Below, one piece after another: positions 11,101 through 22,929 of a stretch of 64,000 nucleotides of DNA. This stretch comes from Callorhinchus milii. Its lineage: Eukaryota. The stretch is taken from NCBI RefSeq assembly GCF_018977255.1, contig NW_024704743.1:42224001-42288000 (forward strand), written 5' to 3'. Numbering within the stretch: position 1 is the first letter of the stretch; every line of letters starts with the position of its first letter. The notes beneath the pieces are model-generated. The model was not told the origin of the DNA, did not search any database, and worked only from the letters and a program-made list of their open reading frames with translations. The position numbers were made by a program, and so were the translations under genes.

Positions 11101-12726
11101 TCATTTAAGATTAAATGCCTAGGGTTGTGGATTTCATCGAAGTTAAAATAAAATTCCATTGAGCTATTAATAAGTAACATCTGATACTTAATGTGATGTG
11201 TTCCGTCTATATTTTAAGTTTCTCGAGCTTTCTGTATAAATCAAAGAAGGAGGGAATACACAAACAGGTTCAGCGTATGTCACAGAGGTTAAAGTTGATT
11301 GGCTGAAGTTTCCTAATTTATTGGGAAATAATTAAATAAGGAATCAATATACAGTAGACAAGACACTTTAGCACTCCCGGGATAGAGATGGGAAAATAAA
11401 AAAATGTTCCCACTCTTGTCCAGATCCAAAAACAACAACAACTAGCATTTATATAGCTTCCCTCACAGAGGATAGCATCCCAGAGTGATTGGTCTTCACT
11501 GTCACAATCACTTTAACAAGGTTCCATTGCCTCTTTAAATTCTTGAACTGTACAACATATTGTAATGTCTGTATGCCTGTATAATGTACAAAATTGTGAC
11601 TAAATGTATACAGTTTCTCAGTAGTGAAACACACTTGTGGTGATACTGGTGTATACTTGCCCTCGAGGAGAGAGCCCAGCACTCGTGGAACCATGTACCT
11701 GCCTTCAGGGAGATGAGAGGAGAAAATAAGAGGAAGTAAAATGCAAGAAAGATTATGAATTTACATAATGATTGTAATAATCCATCTTCTGTCAACAGGT
11801 CTGAATAAAGCAAATATCTGCATCATTTAAAATATAGACAGAGCACATCACATTAATTATCAGATGTTACTTATTAATGGTTCAACAATTGATCTTCTGT
11901 CATTTTTATGCTTTAATTCCTTTCAGTGACACATGTCATATGTCATACTCATGCAGGATTTCAACCTTGCTGCTGACACTAATGATTTATGCATGACATA
12001 AATCGCATTGTCTTCTGTTATTTCAATAATTTCTTTTCCGCCACCACGTTTAAAAAGTAGATATCTGAACATTTATTTCACTGTAAAACATATCGTAGGT
12101 TGACTCAAGAGATTACGCACACACATTATTGTTAAAGTCAGACAAGGGAAGCGAGCCAAGAAAATAACTTTACTTTGTGAAGTTTCATTTCAACTGGGCA
12201 TACAATTTGCTTTTGTTGTAACCTTTGTTGAATCTATTAGGAATTAGTGAACCAGCAAAGGTTTCATTGCTTGGCTTCGCTGAATGCAATTCCATCACAT
12301 TGACTGTCAGTACCAGGCTTTGGACCACTGCTCCCTAACCTCTTCAATTACAGTTGAAGTCCTGAATATCCCTATTCTTAACCCTAACATTGGTCCAATT
12401 TATATGTGGCTGTGTAACTATTAATTGGTTGTTGACTTCTTGTTCCAACAATAGGTCAATGGATAAAGCAATTCAATGATGGTAATGTTATTCGGATATC
12501 GTAATGCAACAATTTATTGACATTCCAGGAATGGTGAGACAGGAAAAAGGGCTGTTTAGATTTGGGAAGCCTTCAAAAATCATGAATAAATTACTTGTTA
12601 GGCTAATTGTTCTTATGGTATGTTACCAGCAAATGTAGAGCAGCAAAACTAGATGGAAACTTAGAGTTACATAGAATGATATGGAAACAAATTTTATGGC
12701 CCGTCTAGTTCATGCTGGTATTTACT

Positions 12727-13083
12727 TACCTGCCCGTACCCTCCATTCCTCTGGCTCCGGTCTGCTCCACATCCCCCGCCCCAACCGCCCTACTATCGGT
12801 GGCCGGGCCTTCAGCCTCTCAGTCCCTAGGCTCTGGAACTCCATTCCCCAGTGTCTTCGCCGCCTCCTCCCTTTCCTCCTTTAAGGCCGGTCTCAAGACC
12901 TTTCTCTTTGACCGTGCCTTCAGCTCCCCTCTCGACTCTCTACCCCCTCCTCGCTCCCTCCCTTCCTTCCCCTCACCCTGACCATTTCCCCCCTGCTCGG
13001 GTCCTGACCCACCTGTCCAGTGCCTTGGGACGTCCTCCCGACGTGAAAGGCGCTCTATAAATGGAATCGTGTTGTTGTTGTTA
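12727..13083 (+). mobile_element. L2 LINE 3' end
   Basis: PARTLHSSGSGLLHIPR..TIGGRAFSLSVPRLWNSIP; FKAGLKTFLFDRAF; tail GGGACGTCCTCCCGACGTGAAAGGCGC..(TTG)n. Confidence 0.92.
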
Positions 13084-13204
13084 TGATGCTACACATGAGT
13101 CTCCATCCCTCCTTTTTCTCGCTTCTATAATCTTCCTACCAACTCTTCCCTATGCAGATTCTCCCAAATGTTTAACCTTTCCCATTTTCCCATTTGCAAG
13201 TCTT

Positions 13205-13460
13205 ATCAATCCGATCCTTGACTGGCTCCATTGGCTTCCCATTTCTCAGCAGACTAAGTTCAAGATATTCATGCTTACCTTTAAACCTCTTCATGGTCTT
13301 GCCAGTTACCCTACCTCTGTGACCTCCTCAAACTGTACTGACCCAGCTGCTTCCTTCATTCAATGGGCACTGGCTTGCTTCGTGTACCCCACTCTAATCA
13401 TCCCACCATCAGTAGGCTCAGCATATCTTCCCGTTCTCTCTGTAACTCTATCCCAGAATT
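13205..13460 (+). mobile_element. Older L2 RT C-terminal fragment
   Basis: INPILDWLHWLPISQQTKFKIFMLTFKPLHGLA within ORF 13061-13789. Confidence 0.8.
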
Positions 13461-13560
13461 CCTGTGATTCATTCCTTTCCTCAACTCTTTCATGGTTCTT
13501 CTCAAGACCTATCTCTTTGATTTTTTGGTGGTCAGCCAGGAGTCTGAAACCCATCACTAA

Positions 13561-13990
13561 GCTTAAGAGTATCCAAACCAAACTGAGATTTCCATGCATC
13601 CAACCTACACATGGAAATTCCAGAGATGGATTGTTGGAATGGAATGCGCACTCTCTCCCTGGAAGGACCCATCCTGTTTACCTAATTTCCGAAAGTATGA
13701 GGCGCAGCTTGGCAAGAGCCAAGGCTTGGGGACTCCAAAGTGTGCTTTGGGGGACTGCTGGAGTCTACCAGCTAAAACGGCAAAATTAGATGGAAACTTA
13801 GAGTTACATAGAATGATATGGAATTGAGAATTGACCATTGAGAGCATTGTCTGGAAAGCTTTCCTGTTGCTTGTCCAGTGAGGACTACCCTCACGATTAG
13901 GGCTTTAGCTTTCAAGGTTAACAAGAGTTGAGTGGGATAATTCCCTGCACTCAGTGACTGGTCCACTGCTTGGGTTCTGTGCAAGTGAAA
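13561..13990 (+). repeat. Unclassified interspersed repeat starting CTTAAGAGTATCCAAACC; copies at 27365-27512 and 38156-38560
   Basis: Three collinear copies share the 5' start and the GAATGGAATG.GCACT.TCT.CC.GGA.GA..CA.CCTGTTTA.CTAATT block. Confidence 0.75.
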
Positions 13991-14654
13991 GAAGATGAGA
14001 GGAGGTCACAAAACTCAGAGATTATTGGAGGCTCACATGTTGCTACGGTAAACTGAGTTACCTGAGTATGACCTGATCCATTGCCTTTGTGGCATAGGCT
14101 TCTATAGTCTCCCTGGTACATAAACAACGTGGCTTTTTCTGTTTAAATCTAAATTTTACAACAGATTGCAACATATGTTCATATTCAGCAGGTCATGTTT
14201 GAATATGTGCAGTTTCACAGCAATGAGGCAATTTGTGGTGACAGTCGTCCGAGTATTATTTTTATGTGGTGAGACTAATCTTTTTGAAGATAAACTCATT
14301 CAGAATGATTTGAATTCAAATTAGTCCAAATCACATTGAAAATCATGAGTCACTGCCCTTTGTGTAGTGCTGTACAAACTGTACCCATTACCACAATGGT
14401 ACCTGAAACAAGGAGAGCAGTTTGCTTTCGTTAGTTAGCAAGAAATTGTGAGAAAGATGAAGCTAGGTTCTCACAAAATGCTGCACAGCACTCTGTATTT
14501 CCACCAGTCATGAAATTCAAGTGTGGTTAAAACAAATTATGTACAATATGTTGTAGAGGACCTTGCATTAATTTATAATAAGCTGATGTTCTGGATACTA
14601 ACAAAAATGCATTGGAGAACAGTAAAGTGCACAAGCACACAAACACTGCACAGA

Positions 14655-14770
14655 CTCACACATATGCATGTACACATGTATGCACATACACTCACATGCA
14701 TGCATGCATGCACGCACGCACGCACACACACACACACACACACATACATACATACATACATACATGCATA
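14655..14770. repeat. Compound microsatellite (CA)n/(TGCA)n/(TACA)n
   Basis: Directly visible. Confidence 0.95.
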
Positions 14771-14959
14771 GACTTAAGACTTAAAAAATCGTCTTTTTTT
14801 ACATGGAATCATTTTTCTGCTAGTCACTAACACTAACTTTATTACCAAACACATTTGCTTCAATTGTGGCCCAAAATAGCACATGAGCTATTGATTTTAT
14901 CTGGAAAAGTTTTGCCAGTCGTGAAAGGTGCTATATAAATGCAATTTTTTGTTGTTGTT

Positions 14960-15210
14960 GACACCAAGAAAAAATAATTTCTCACTTTGAATAGTGCCAT
15001 GGGATCTTTAACATCCATCTGAACAGGCAGACGCAACCTTAGTTTAAAGGCTCATCCGAAGGGTAGCACTTGAGACAACACTGCACACGCATCACTACAT
15101 TTAAGTATCAGCCCACACTATGAGCTCAAAGTCCTGATGTAGTGTTTGAACCATTAACCGTACAATAGTGCTCCTACAATAGGAGCAATAGTGCTACCAG
15201 CTGAACCTTA
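14960..15210 (-). mobile_element. Old SacSINE1-like SINE fragment
   Basis: GAATAGTGCCATGGGATCTTTAACATCCATCTGAACAGGCAGAC..TCATCCGAAGG is the reverse of the 60857-61300 body. Confidence 0.7.
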
Positions 15211-15804
15211 CAATCTGAGCAATTCCTGATAGGGAACGATGTCAAGCCGAAGAAAAAAATGAACTGCGAGGATTCTCATTGAAGAAAAGGGTAGGAGGGT
15301 TAGTTGATTTGCAATTGGACTAAACCTTAACTAACATCAAAACTTTTGTGAGACTGCACAATGGAGAAAGAGAGGAGCAGAACTTTCTAGCAATGTTGTG
15401 TGTATAAAGAAGAACAGATTGTAAGATCCATACATTTCATTTACAAAGCTTTTAAGTACAGTGCAAGTATACTTTGAATGAAAAATACCGTTTTGCAAGA
15501 AAAAGTTTTTTTAGAATAAATGGAAAACTGATCCATTTAAAACATTAGAGTAAAACCTCCCAATCCTAAGCCAGAGGTTTAGATATTCAGGAAAGAGAAA
15601 TGAATGGCTGGCCTGAGCAGATTCACTCACTTGGATTAGTGAGCTTTTCTGATCAGTCACCTAAGCTTTTTTGTGCTTGTCTTGTGGTTTATTTTATTGA
15701 ATATCTTATAACATTCATATGAGCTTTTGGATCAAATCTGGAGGGAGTCTTTTGGACAAACACTGAATTATTTTTTGTTAAAGTTACCTAGAGCCATTGC
15801 ACCA

Positions 15805-16110
15805 TAACAATTTACAGCACAGAAGAAGGGTATTCGACCCATTATGAATGTGCTGGCTCTTTGAAAGATCAATTATTTCAGTCCAATTTACCTGTCATTT
15901 CCCTATACCTTGTAGTTGATTCCTTTTTAGATATTAATCTAGCTCCCTTTTGAAAGTTGATATGGATTTTGCTTCAATCACTACTTCTGGCAGGGCATTC
16001 AGTATCCTAGCTACTCCCTGCGTGAAACAATTCTATTAACCTCCACATTTTCTTGTTTCTTAGCTATCTTAAATTGGTACTCTCTAGTCACTGATTCACC
16101 AAGCACTGAC
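15805..16110 (-). mobile_element. CR1 3' end remnant
   Basis: Reverse 3' UTR (TTTACAGCACAGAAGAAGG..TTCG.CCC) plus ORF2-end similarity; collinear with 20466-20765. Confidence 0.75.
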
Positions 16111-16229
16111 TTTGTAGCGTTTGTGGGACACTGCTGTGCTCAATTCTCTGCCGCGTTCCCTTACTAATACAATCACTACACTTTCCAATAAATTCTGTGA
16201 AGCGCTTTGATGCATTTCAACAATGTGAT

Positions 16230-16670
16230 GATGATAATAATAATAATCCTTGCATTTGATATGATGCCTTACCATGACATTGATGAATCTCAAAGAGCTT
16301 CACATGAAGTGTTGTGACTGTGTGCATATTGTGGACTGCGGCAGTCAATTTGCAAATAGCAATGTTCCACAAACAGCAAAGTAGTGAGTGCCCATTTTTT
16401 ATTTTGAAAGATTGTTGACCAAAACATTGGGAGAAATTACCTTTTTTCTATGAATAGTACAGCGTGATTATTAAAGTCCACCTGGACAGCCAGATGGGAT
16501 CTTTGTTTAAAGTCTGATCTGAAGGACGGCACCTCCAACCATGCAACCCACCACAGCACTGTCCTGGCGTGTCATTTTAGGATGAACGGGTCCAATCCCA
16601 ATGTGGGACCTGAACTTACACACAACCTTCTGACTCAGACAAGAGTGCCACCAATTGAGCTAGGCTGACA
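16230..16670 (-). mobile_element. Near full-length SacSINE1-like SINE inserted into the tail of a + strand SINE remnant (16115-16700)
   Basis: Tail (TAA)n at about 16234, head ending CCAATTGAGCTAGGCTGACAC at about 16670; host tail resumes AAGACACTATCAAATGCAAAGG. Confidence 0.8.
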
Positions 16671-17399
16671 CAAGACACTATCAAATGCAAAGGTTATTAT
16701 TAAAATTCATATACTACAGCTTAAAGCTGGAACTATATAACAAATTGGCCAATGGCTGTAGTTTATGATTTCAATTAAGAAATGTTTAGCAATATAGGGG
16801 ATTTCTGTTCATGTTATGATTTTACTGGGATGACATACTGTATTCTACTAACATATTACATAGGGAAAATGAACAGTCAGATATAGTTCTTAGTCTAACT
16901 GAGTTTTAACATGTGCATAGTCTAACCAGTCTGAGAAGAGAGTTACTGATGACTCAACTTTCAATCTTAATCCATAACAACAACAATTTTACATTTATAT
17001 AGTGCCTTTCATGTTGGAAGGACATCTCAAAGCACTTCAATCACCCAGCCTGTTCTCAGTTTGTCTGTCTGACCGTATACTAAGGATTTATTTATCATTG
17101 CTAAAATCCTACTCCTGGTTTTCCAGAGACTTCAATGAACAAACCAATAGTTTTTGAGGTATTGCTTTCAGTCATTTAAACTTCATCCAACTCAACGTCC
17201 CAACTGACTTTTTTCCATCCTTTACCCTGACGGTTGGAATACTACATGAAACACAAGACATTATCCTATGTGAAGGGCATTGTATAAATGCAAGTTGTTT
17301 TGGGTGTTGTAATACTCCAAGTTCCATTGCAAACACTTACCTTCATGTAACCCTCATTCAGGTATCTTTAAACTTTATCCTCCTCTAATCCCCTTGCCT

Positions 17400-17640
17400 C
17401 CATGAACAAAAATCCCCATTCTCAATTTCATGGCTGTCCTAAATTGACTTCTTTCTGCAATGTTCTTGAATAATGATTTCCTGAGGCCAGATGCTTCATG
17501 ATTACGCCAAAGTAAACATCCAGCTTCATCAGACAATTTTCCAGGCTTTCTCTGACAAATGGGCCAGATTCCAGAAAGTAATATATTTTCTTTGGTCAGC
17601 ACGATTCTGCCTTAAAATACATAAATTCTAGTCAAACTCA
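17400..17640 (-). mobile_element. Possible very decayed RTE-clade LINE C-terminal fragment
   Basis: Frameshifted KLDVYFGVIMKH..EIIIQ resembles RTE KLxYFGHIMRH..KTIIQG. Confidence 0.3.
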
Positions 17641-18019
17641 GTTTGTTCACGATCTTTGCACATACTTTGTTGTGAAACTTTAGCCATATTTTTATGCCAG
17701 TTGCAATTGCTGAAGGATAGTGACCTAGATACTAAACTTTGCATTCACATATGCATTGTTTGGAGAAGTCAAGTTAATTGAACAATAATGAAGAATGAGA
17801 TACAAATAATGTTTGCTGCGCTATATGGCAGAGGATCAGGAATAGATCATTTTGCCTGTTGAACACATTCCATCATTCCACCATTAAGTCTATGGTAACT
17901 CTAATTCCATCTCCTTGCCTTTCTTCCATATATTTTTACTTCCTTATTTACTGAATGTTTATCTCCCTCTTTCTCTCATGCCTCAGTGGACTTTGAACTG
18001 GTTGTATTCTGATGCAATC

Positions 18020-18260
18020 TGCTGCAAAGTCCTGGATAGGCTGTAGGTTGTGTAGAGCAGAGCTGGGTAGTCTGGCAAGCAGAGTGATGGTGTAGTCAAG
18101 CCTGGACATGATAAATGCTTTGATTAGGGCCTCGGGTGGCTGAGGGAAGAGTTAGTTGTAGAGCCAGGCAATATTACAGTGGTGGAAAAAAGCTGAGCAG
18201 GTCAGAACACAGATGTGCGGTTTAAAGAACTGTTGGGAATCTGACAAGAAGCAAAGATCC
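18020..18260 (-). mobile_element. Old L2 RT fragment
   Basis: Minus translation SAFFHHCNIAWL..EALIKAFIMSRLDYTITLLARLPSSALHNLQPIQD. Confidence 0.8.
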
Positions 18261-18613
18261 CCCATCGGTTCTGGTATGTTTGTGGAGGAGATTCTACATC
18301 TAAAGCTAGAACATATGTTTGGCTATGGATGGGAGTTGTGCTGGCAAACAACCGTTGTAGAGTGAGAAGCCAGCTGGTCTTGTTGGAAGACGGATGTGTA
18401 CTGTTCTTCTGGTAACATCACTGCACAGGGCATCCGCATCACAAGTGAAGTGCTCAATAATGGGGTGGCCATCTATTATTTTAACTTTAATTTTCATTTG
18501 TCTAAGAATTTCGAAGAATTTATGATGCATTCTCACTTAGCCATACCTAATCCCAATATGAGATCCCAAATACAGTATATCATGGTCTTAGCCATAAAAC
18601 CATTACCCTAAAA

Positions 18614-18750
18614 GAGCACCAAATTTTAGAAAATTCTTAAATTTTGGTCTGAGTTTTGGAAACGTTTATTCCTCATTTCTTGTAAAGACCTACAGAAAAT
18701 CAGCTTCCTAATTAAGACTGAATTTAAGAATTCTCCAAAATTCTGCACTC
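18614..18750. mobile_element. Short palindromic MITE-like element; related copy at 60065-60193
   Basis: ~37-bp imperfect terminal inverted arms (GAGCACCAAATTTTAGAAAATTCTTAAATT / AATTTAAGAATTCTCCAAAATTCTGCACTC); AATTAAGACTGAATT.AAGAATT is shared with the 60-kb copy. Confidence 0.6.
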
Positions 18751-19790
18751 TCAAAGATTAATATACTGGTCTTGAGGGTTAGATCATGAGAAATGTATAG
18801 TCTCTGATCCTCCCACTATCAATTCTCTTCCTGAGACTGCAATGATCAATGAACGTTAATTTCATTGCAGCATCTTGGCCTCGGTTGGCCATCGTACCAT
18901 CTCTCTCCAATATCAATGACACCTTTGCCAAAGCTGACACTTAGATATGTATGAAGAGTTAAGACAATGTACTTCAAATAGTAACAATGTGTACAGCAAA
19001 TCGTTTGAAATGTGTGGCTATTTAGAACATCTACTTAGGTGCTGAGAAGGTGATTCTCTGAACATCGGCAAATTTATTGAGCAGTGGGGAAGTATCTGCC
19101 AAGGTCCATGACAGTCCTGCCGATTGGAGACATGCTGCTTGAAAACCTAAACATGCTGAAGGCAAGCAAATGAGTGAAGAACAACTTACGCAGTTCAAAC
19201 TTCAAGATGTTGTGTCGCCACTCTCTCTGAAATGTGACTTGGAAGCACCAAGGCTACAATAAGGTCAACAATTGAATGTCCGGCCCTTCAGGTATCAGAT
19301 AGTTCTGACAATACAAACCGCCAGGTTAGCTTCATCACAATAACACCAGATCAATGAGCAAATGAGAACCTGTGATGGTTAATTTATTGCTAAACATCTG
19401 GCTCAGTTACATCCTATTCAATTACCGTCTTTGGAAGAGAAATTAAATTGATTTCTGAACTCATCTGGATTCATGTTAACACATGCAGTAATGTATGAAC
19501 ATAAATGCCTTAGTAATATTTCTCTTTCAATTGCAAAACATTACCGCACTTATGAAATATAGATTTCACTTGGTTCTGTTGAAGTCCCAGGGGACTATGT
19601 TTCTACTGGGATAAAGGAGATTGAACTGAAACCTGTGAGAGTTTGAGCAGAAAAATACACTTAATCTAATTCTAATACTTGAAGGATTTTTCAGATAAAG
19701 CTGTACGAAGCAAAAGATAAGGCAGATTTATCAAGGGAAAGTGTCACACATGAAGCAGTTCACAAAGTAACTAGACATAAAATTGGGTTC

Positions 19791-19866
19791 CAACAACAAA
19801 AACAACAACAACAAAATTACATTTGTGTAGCGCCTTTCACGTCAGGAGGATGTCCCAAAGCGCTGA
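19791..19866 (-). mobile_element. Isolated L2 3' tail
   Basis: (CAA)n + AATTACATTTGTGTAGCGCCTTTCACGTCAGGAGGATGTCCCAAAGCGC. Confidence 0.85.
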
Positions 19867-20399
19867 CCCTTTGTTTTAAAACATTATATGTACCAAATCA
19901 TAATCATCTTTTGTCAGTTTGTTTATTTGTAGAATGCCTGTTAGGAATGTTGTCGGTAATTTTATTTTCTTGTGATTTGACATTGTGGAAACTTGTTACA
20001 AATTACTGTTATGTTGTTTTGTCTAACCTTGGGGACATTACTAATATCTCTCGCCAGTGATCTCGACAGCAAAACAAACATCAAGTCTGCATGTTACTTT
20101 TTGCTTGGAAACATCTATTTTGACAGTTTTAAATGCTCAAAGGAAAACAAAGTGAGGTTTTCACACATTGTTAACTTTTCAGGACTTGAATATCTGCACT
20201 GTATTTCCTTGGTTAAAACGTGGTGGTTTTATAACTTGGATAGAGGTTAGTTCTTCTGCTTTCACAACCACAAAGGTTTAATAAAGAATAAAAGATAAAT
20301 GCAAACCCTTTCCACAGATTGCACTGCTTCGAATCTCCAAGATGAGAAGTGGACAAGGATATTGCTTAGAATTTCAGTAGTTGTATTTCAGGCAAAATT

Positions 20400-21106
20400 A
20401 TATGGTGGATCCTTGTTATAATGCGGTGGTTGGGAGCCATAAGATCCCAATCCGTGCGATTGAACCATAGAAATATACAGCATAAAAGAAGGCCATTTGG
20501 CCCATTGTGCCTGTGCTGATTCTTTTAAAGAGTTATCCTTTCAGTCCTGTTTACCTGCCTTTTCCCCTTATCTCTGTATTTTTCTCATTTTTAGATATTT
20601 ATCTAGCTCCCTTTTGAAAGCTAATATGGATTCTGCCATCGCTCCTGGAATAGCATTCCATATCCTAACGACTCTCTACTTGAAAACATTTCTCCTAACC
20701 TCCCCATTTAATTATTTGCTAAGTATCTTAATTTGATGCCTTCTAGTCACTGACTCACTGACAATATAATGAGGCTATATTGAGGTGTTGTAGACAAATT
20801 CACTGCATCTGCATGTGGCCAACCCACTCACTTCCTGCTCACCGGCTGGTTCCCACGCTAAGAAATTGTCCGACTTCCAGATGATCAGAATCCACTGACA
20901 TCACTTCCTGCATACTCTGGATACGTAAGACAGGAAGTGACATCAACATGACTTAATGACCGGAGGTCAGCCATTTTAGTGTAAGAAACAGCATGCGGGA
21001 AGCTGATTGGTCAACTGCATGAATGTGCAGTGAATAGTCTCCACACCACAATCATGTAAGAGCATCAACACTGTAAACAAATATGTTATAACAGGGCTAC
21101 ATGCTA
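20400..21106. mobile_element. Palindromic non-autonomous DNA transposon (Tc1/mariner-pogo-like), interrupted by a CR1 3' remnant (20466-20765, minus)
   Basis: Decayed TIRs ..GGATCCTTGTTATAA / GTTATAACAGGGCTACA; internal ~260-bp imperfect palindrome 20784-21047; a related terminus ending CTACTGTA lies at 32901-32962. Confidence 0.6.
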
Positions 21107-21354
21107 TCCCAAATGATTTTTAAATTTTGTTGCTTTGATATAGTCTTATTTGTTTACTTAAATTATGCTTTATTAGGTTGAAATAATTCAATAGATGAAG
21201 TTTGCTGAAGTCTTTACTTCCAGCCTTACTCTATGGGGGTTAATGAAAGATGTCTTATTTTGAAGTTCATACATTAGTGCTACTTAACTGTCGGTGACAA
21301 TAATCCATAACCAAGCCAGTCAAAGCCGGAGGTGGGGGAAGCGGGGGTGAAATT

Positions 21355-21523
21355 GCGACCAAAGATGCCAGAGTAATTGCCATGCTCAATGTTCTCCATA
21401 TCATCAATGAGCCAACATCACCTTGGGCCTGGGCAAGAAGGGTTGAGGGTTGAGGGGAGAAACGTTCTCTTTGATCTGGTCAACAACACATTTGACATGT
21501 CCATCCTCACCATTGCCGACATC
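21355..21523 (+). pseudogene. Decayed fragment of a cytosolic HSP70-family gene (ATPase domain)
   Basis: ATKDARVIAMLNVLHIINEPTS / GLGKKG* / EGRNVLFDLVNNTFDMSILTIAD versus canonical [53 protein letters not shown].DG; has a deletion, frameshifts and a stop. Confidence 0.88.
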
Positions 21524-22929
21524 AACTACCAGGACTCTTGCTTGGGCTTACCTGGCAGAAGCATTTTACATTGGGAGAAGGGGGGGTGGGGGCGTAAACA
21601 TATTTCCGCCCCCCCATGGGTTTTACTGGGGGGGGTTGGTCAGTCAAATGTCTGAGCATACTGAAACCCAGAGTATCCAAACCAGACGAAAAGTTGCATA
21701 TATCTTTGTCACCTACCTAGGATCAGATCTCAATCCCAAGTATTGTTTGAAGAAGTACAAAAGGAAGTGGTCCAGCCACAAATCTTGTTTGCTCTCAAAT
21801 ATTAGTGTAGAAAATGCAGCCCAGTGGACTTTTGCTTATAAATTACAATAAGTGAAACTCAGTATAGATTGCTTCCTAACTAATGGGACCATGATGATTA
21901 TGTTGCAATGGTTGGCACTGTTAGCATTTAAAGCTATGAATCTAATTTGCGAAATGTCAACACCAAGGGTGGGATGCTTCTGGGTAGAATTTGCACAAAA
22001 TATCATTGGTACTAAGTTTCCTGGTCCTAATGGGCTCAGAAACCCCTCAAAGTTAGTTTATGCCAATTTCACTCACTGTTCAAATAGAATTGCAAAACAA
22101 ACCAATTGAGGGGAATAAACAAAAAAGCCTTAAAATCAATGTAAAAAGAATTGACTGAAAATTGGGGATAAGATTAGTGGCATGTATACCATTTCACCCC
22201 AAAAATATACAGGAAATTCACTTTACAGATTATTCCGTGAAACGCTTTTGAGGCATCTCGAAAATATGATGAGGTGCTATATCAAATGCAAGGATTATTA
22301 TTATTAGATTGATTCATGGTGAAAATCCATACGAAAAACCTGAGTTTGAGTGTTATACCAGCTGTGAATTCCTGTTTCAGTAAATCACTGTAGTGTTCAG
22401 TATTACACATTACATTCATTAGCACTGTTAAGGCATTGGTAGCATCTCCTGTCATCGTACCAGGATTTAGCTAAAAGTCTGTTAAATCTCTTTTATGCTT
22501 GATGCACAAAAACAAGTTTTGAATTATGGATACATTTCATATCTGTTTCCTCAAAGAAACTCATAACTTCCGTCCATGCACTGTGACTGTGTACCAATTG
22601 AGACATATATTCTGGTTCTTAAGAAGCTGGATTATAGATTGACTCCAGTGTTTATACTCAGAGATAAAGACTATCAGCCATTTTGTGGAGGAGATAATCT
22701 GGCTGACTCGAGTAAGCTTGCTTCACTAAGTAACATTGATACCTGCTTTATGGGAATGCATTGCACTCTTCAGTGACTGCTGCCAGATTTGTAATGTATT
22801 ATGCTTTGCTTATTTACTCAGAAACAAGCATACCACTTATTTGAAAAATTAGTGGGATGAAAATACAAAAAGGTCAAAATTGAGGTATTTCTAAACATAC
22901 TGTTCCTTTTTTGGAGGAACTCCTTACAT

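Noticed and set aside
13061..13789. Longest ORF in the window (242 aa)
   Set aside because: It runs through an L2 tail, an old L2 fragment and another repeat, and has no coherent protein identity.
14523..14830. His/Thr- and Val/Cys-rich ORFs
   Set aside because: They are translations of the (CA)n/(TACA)n microsatellite.
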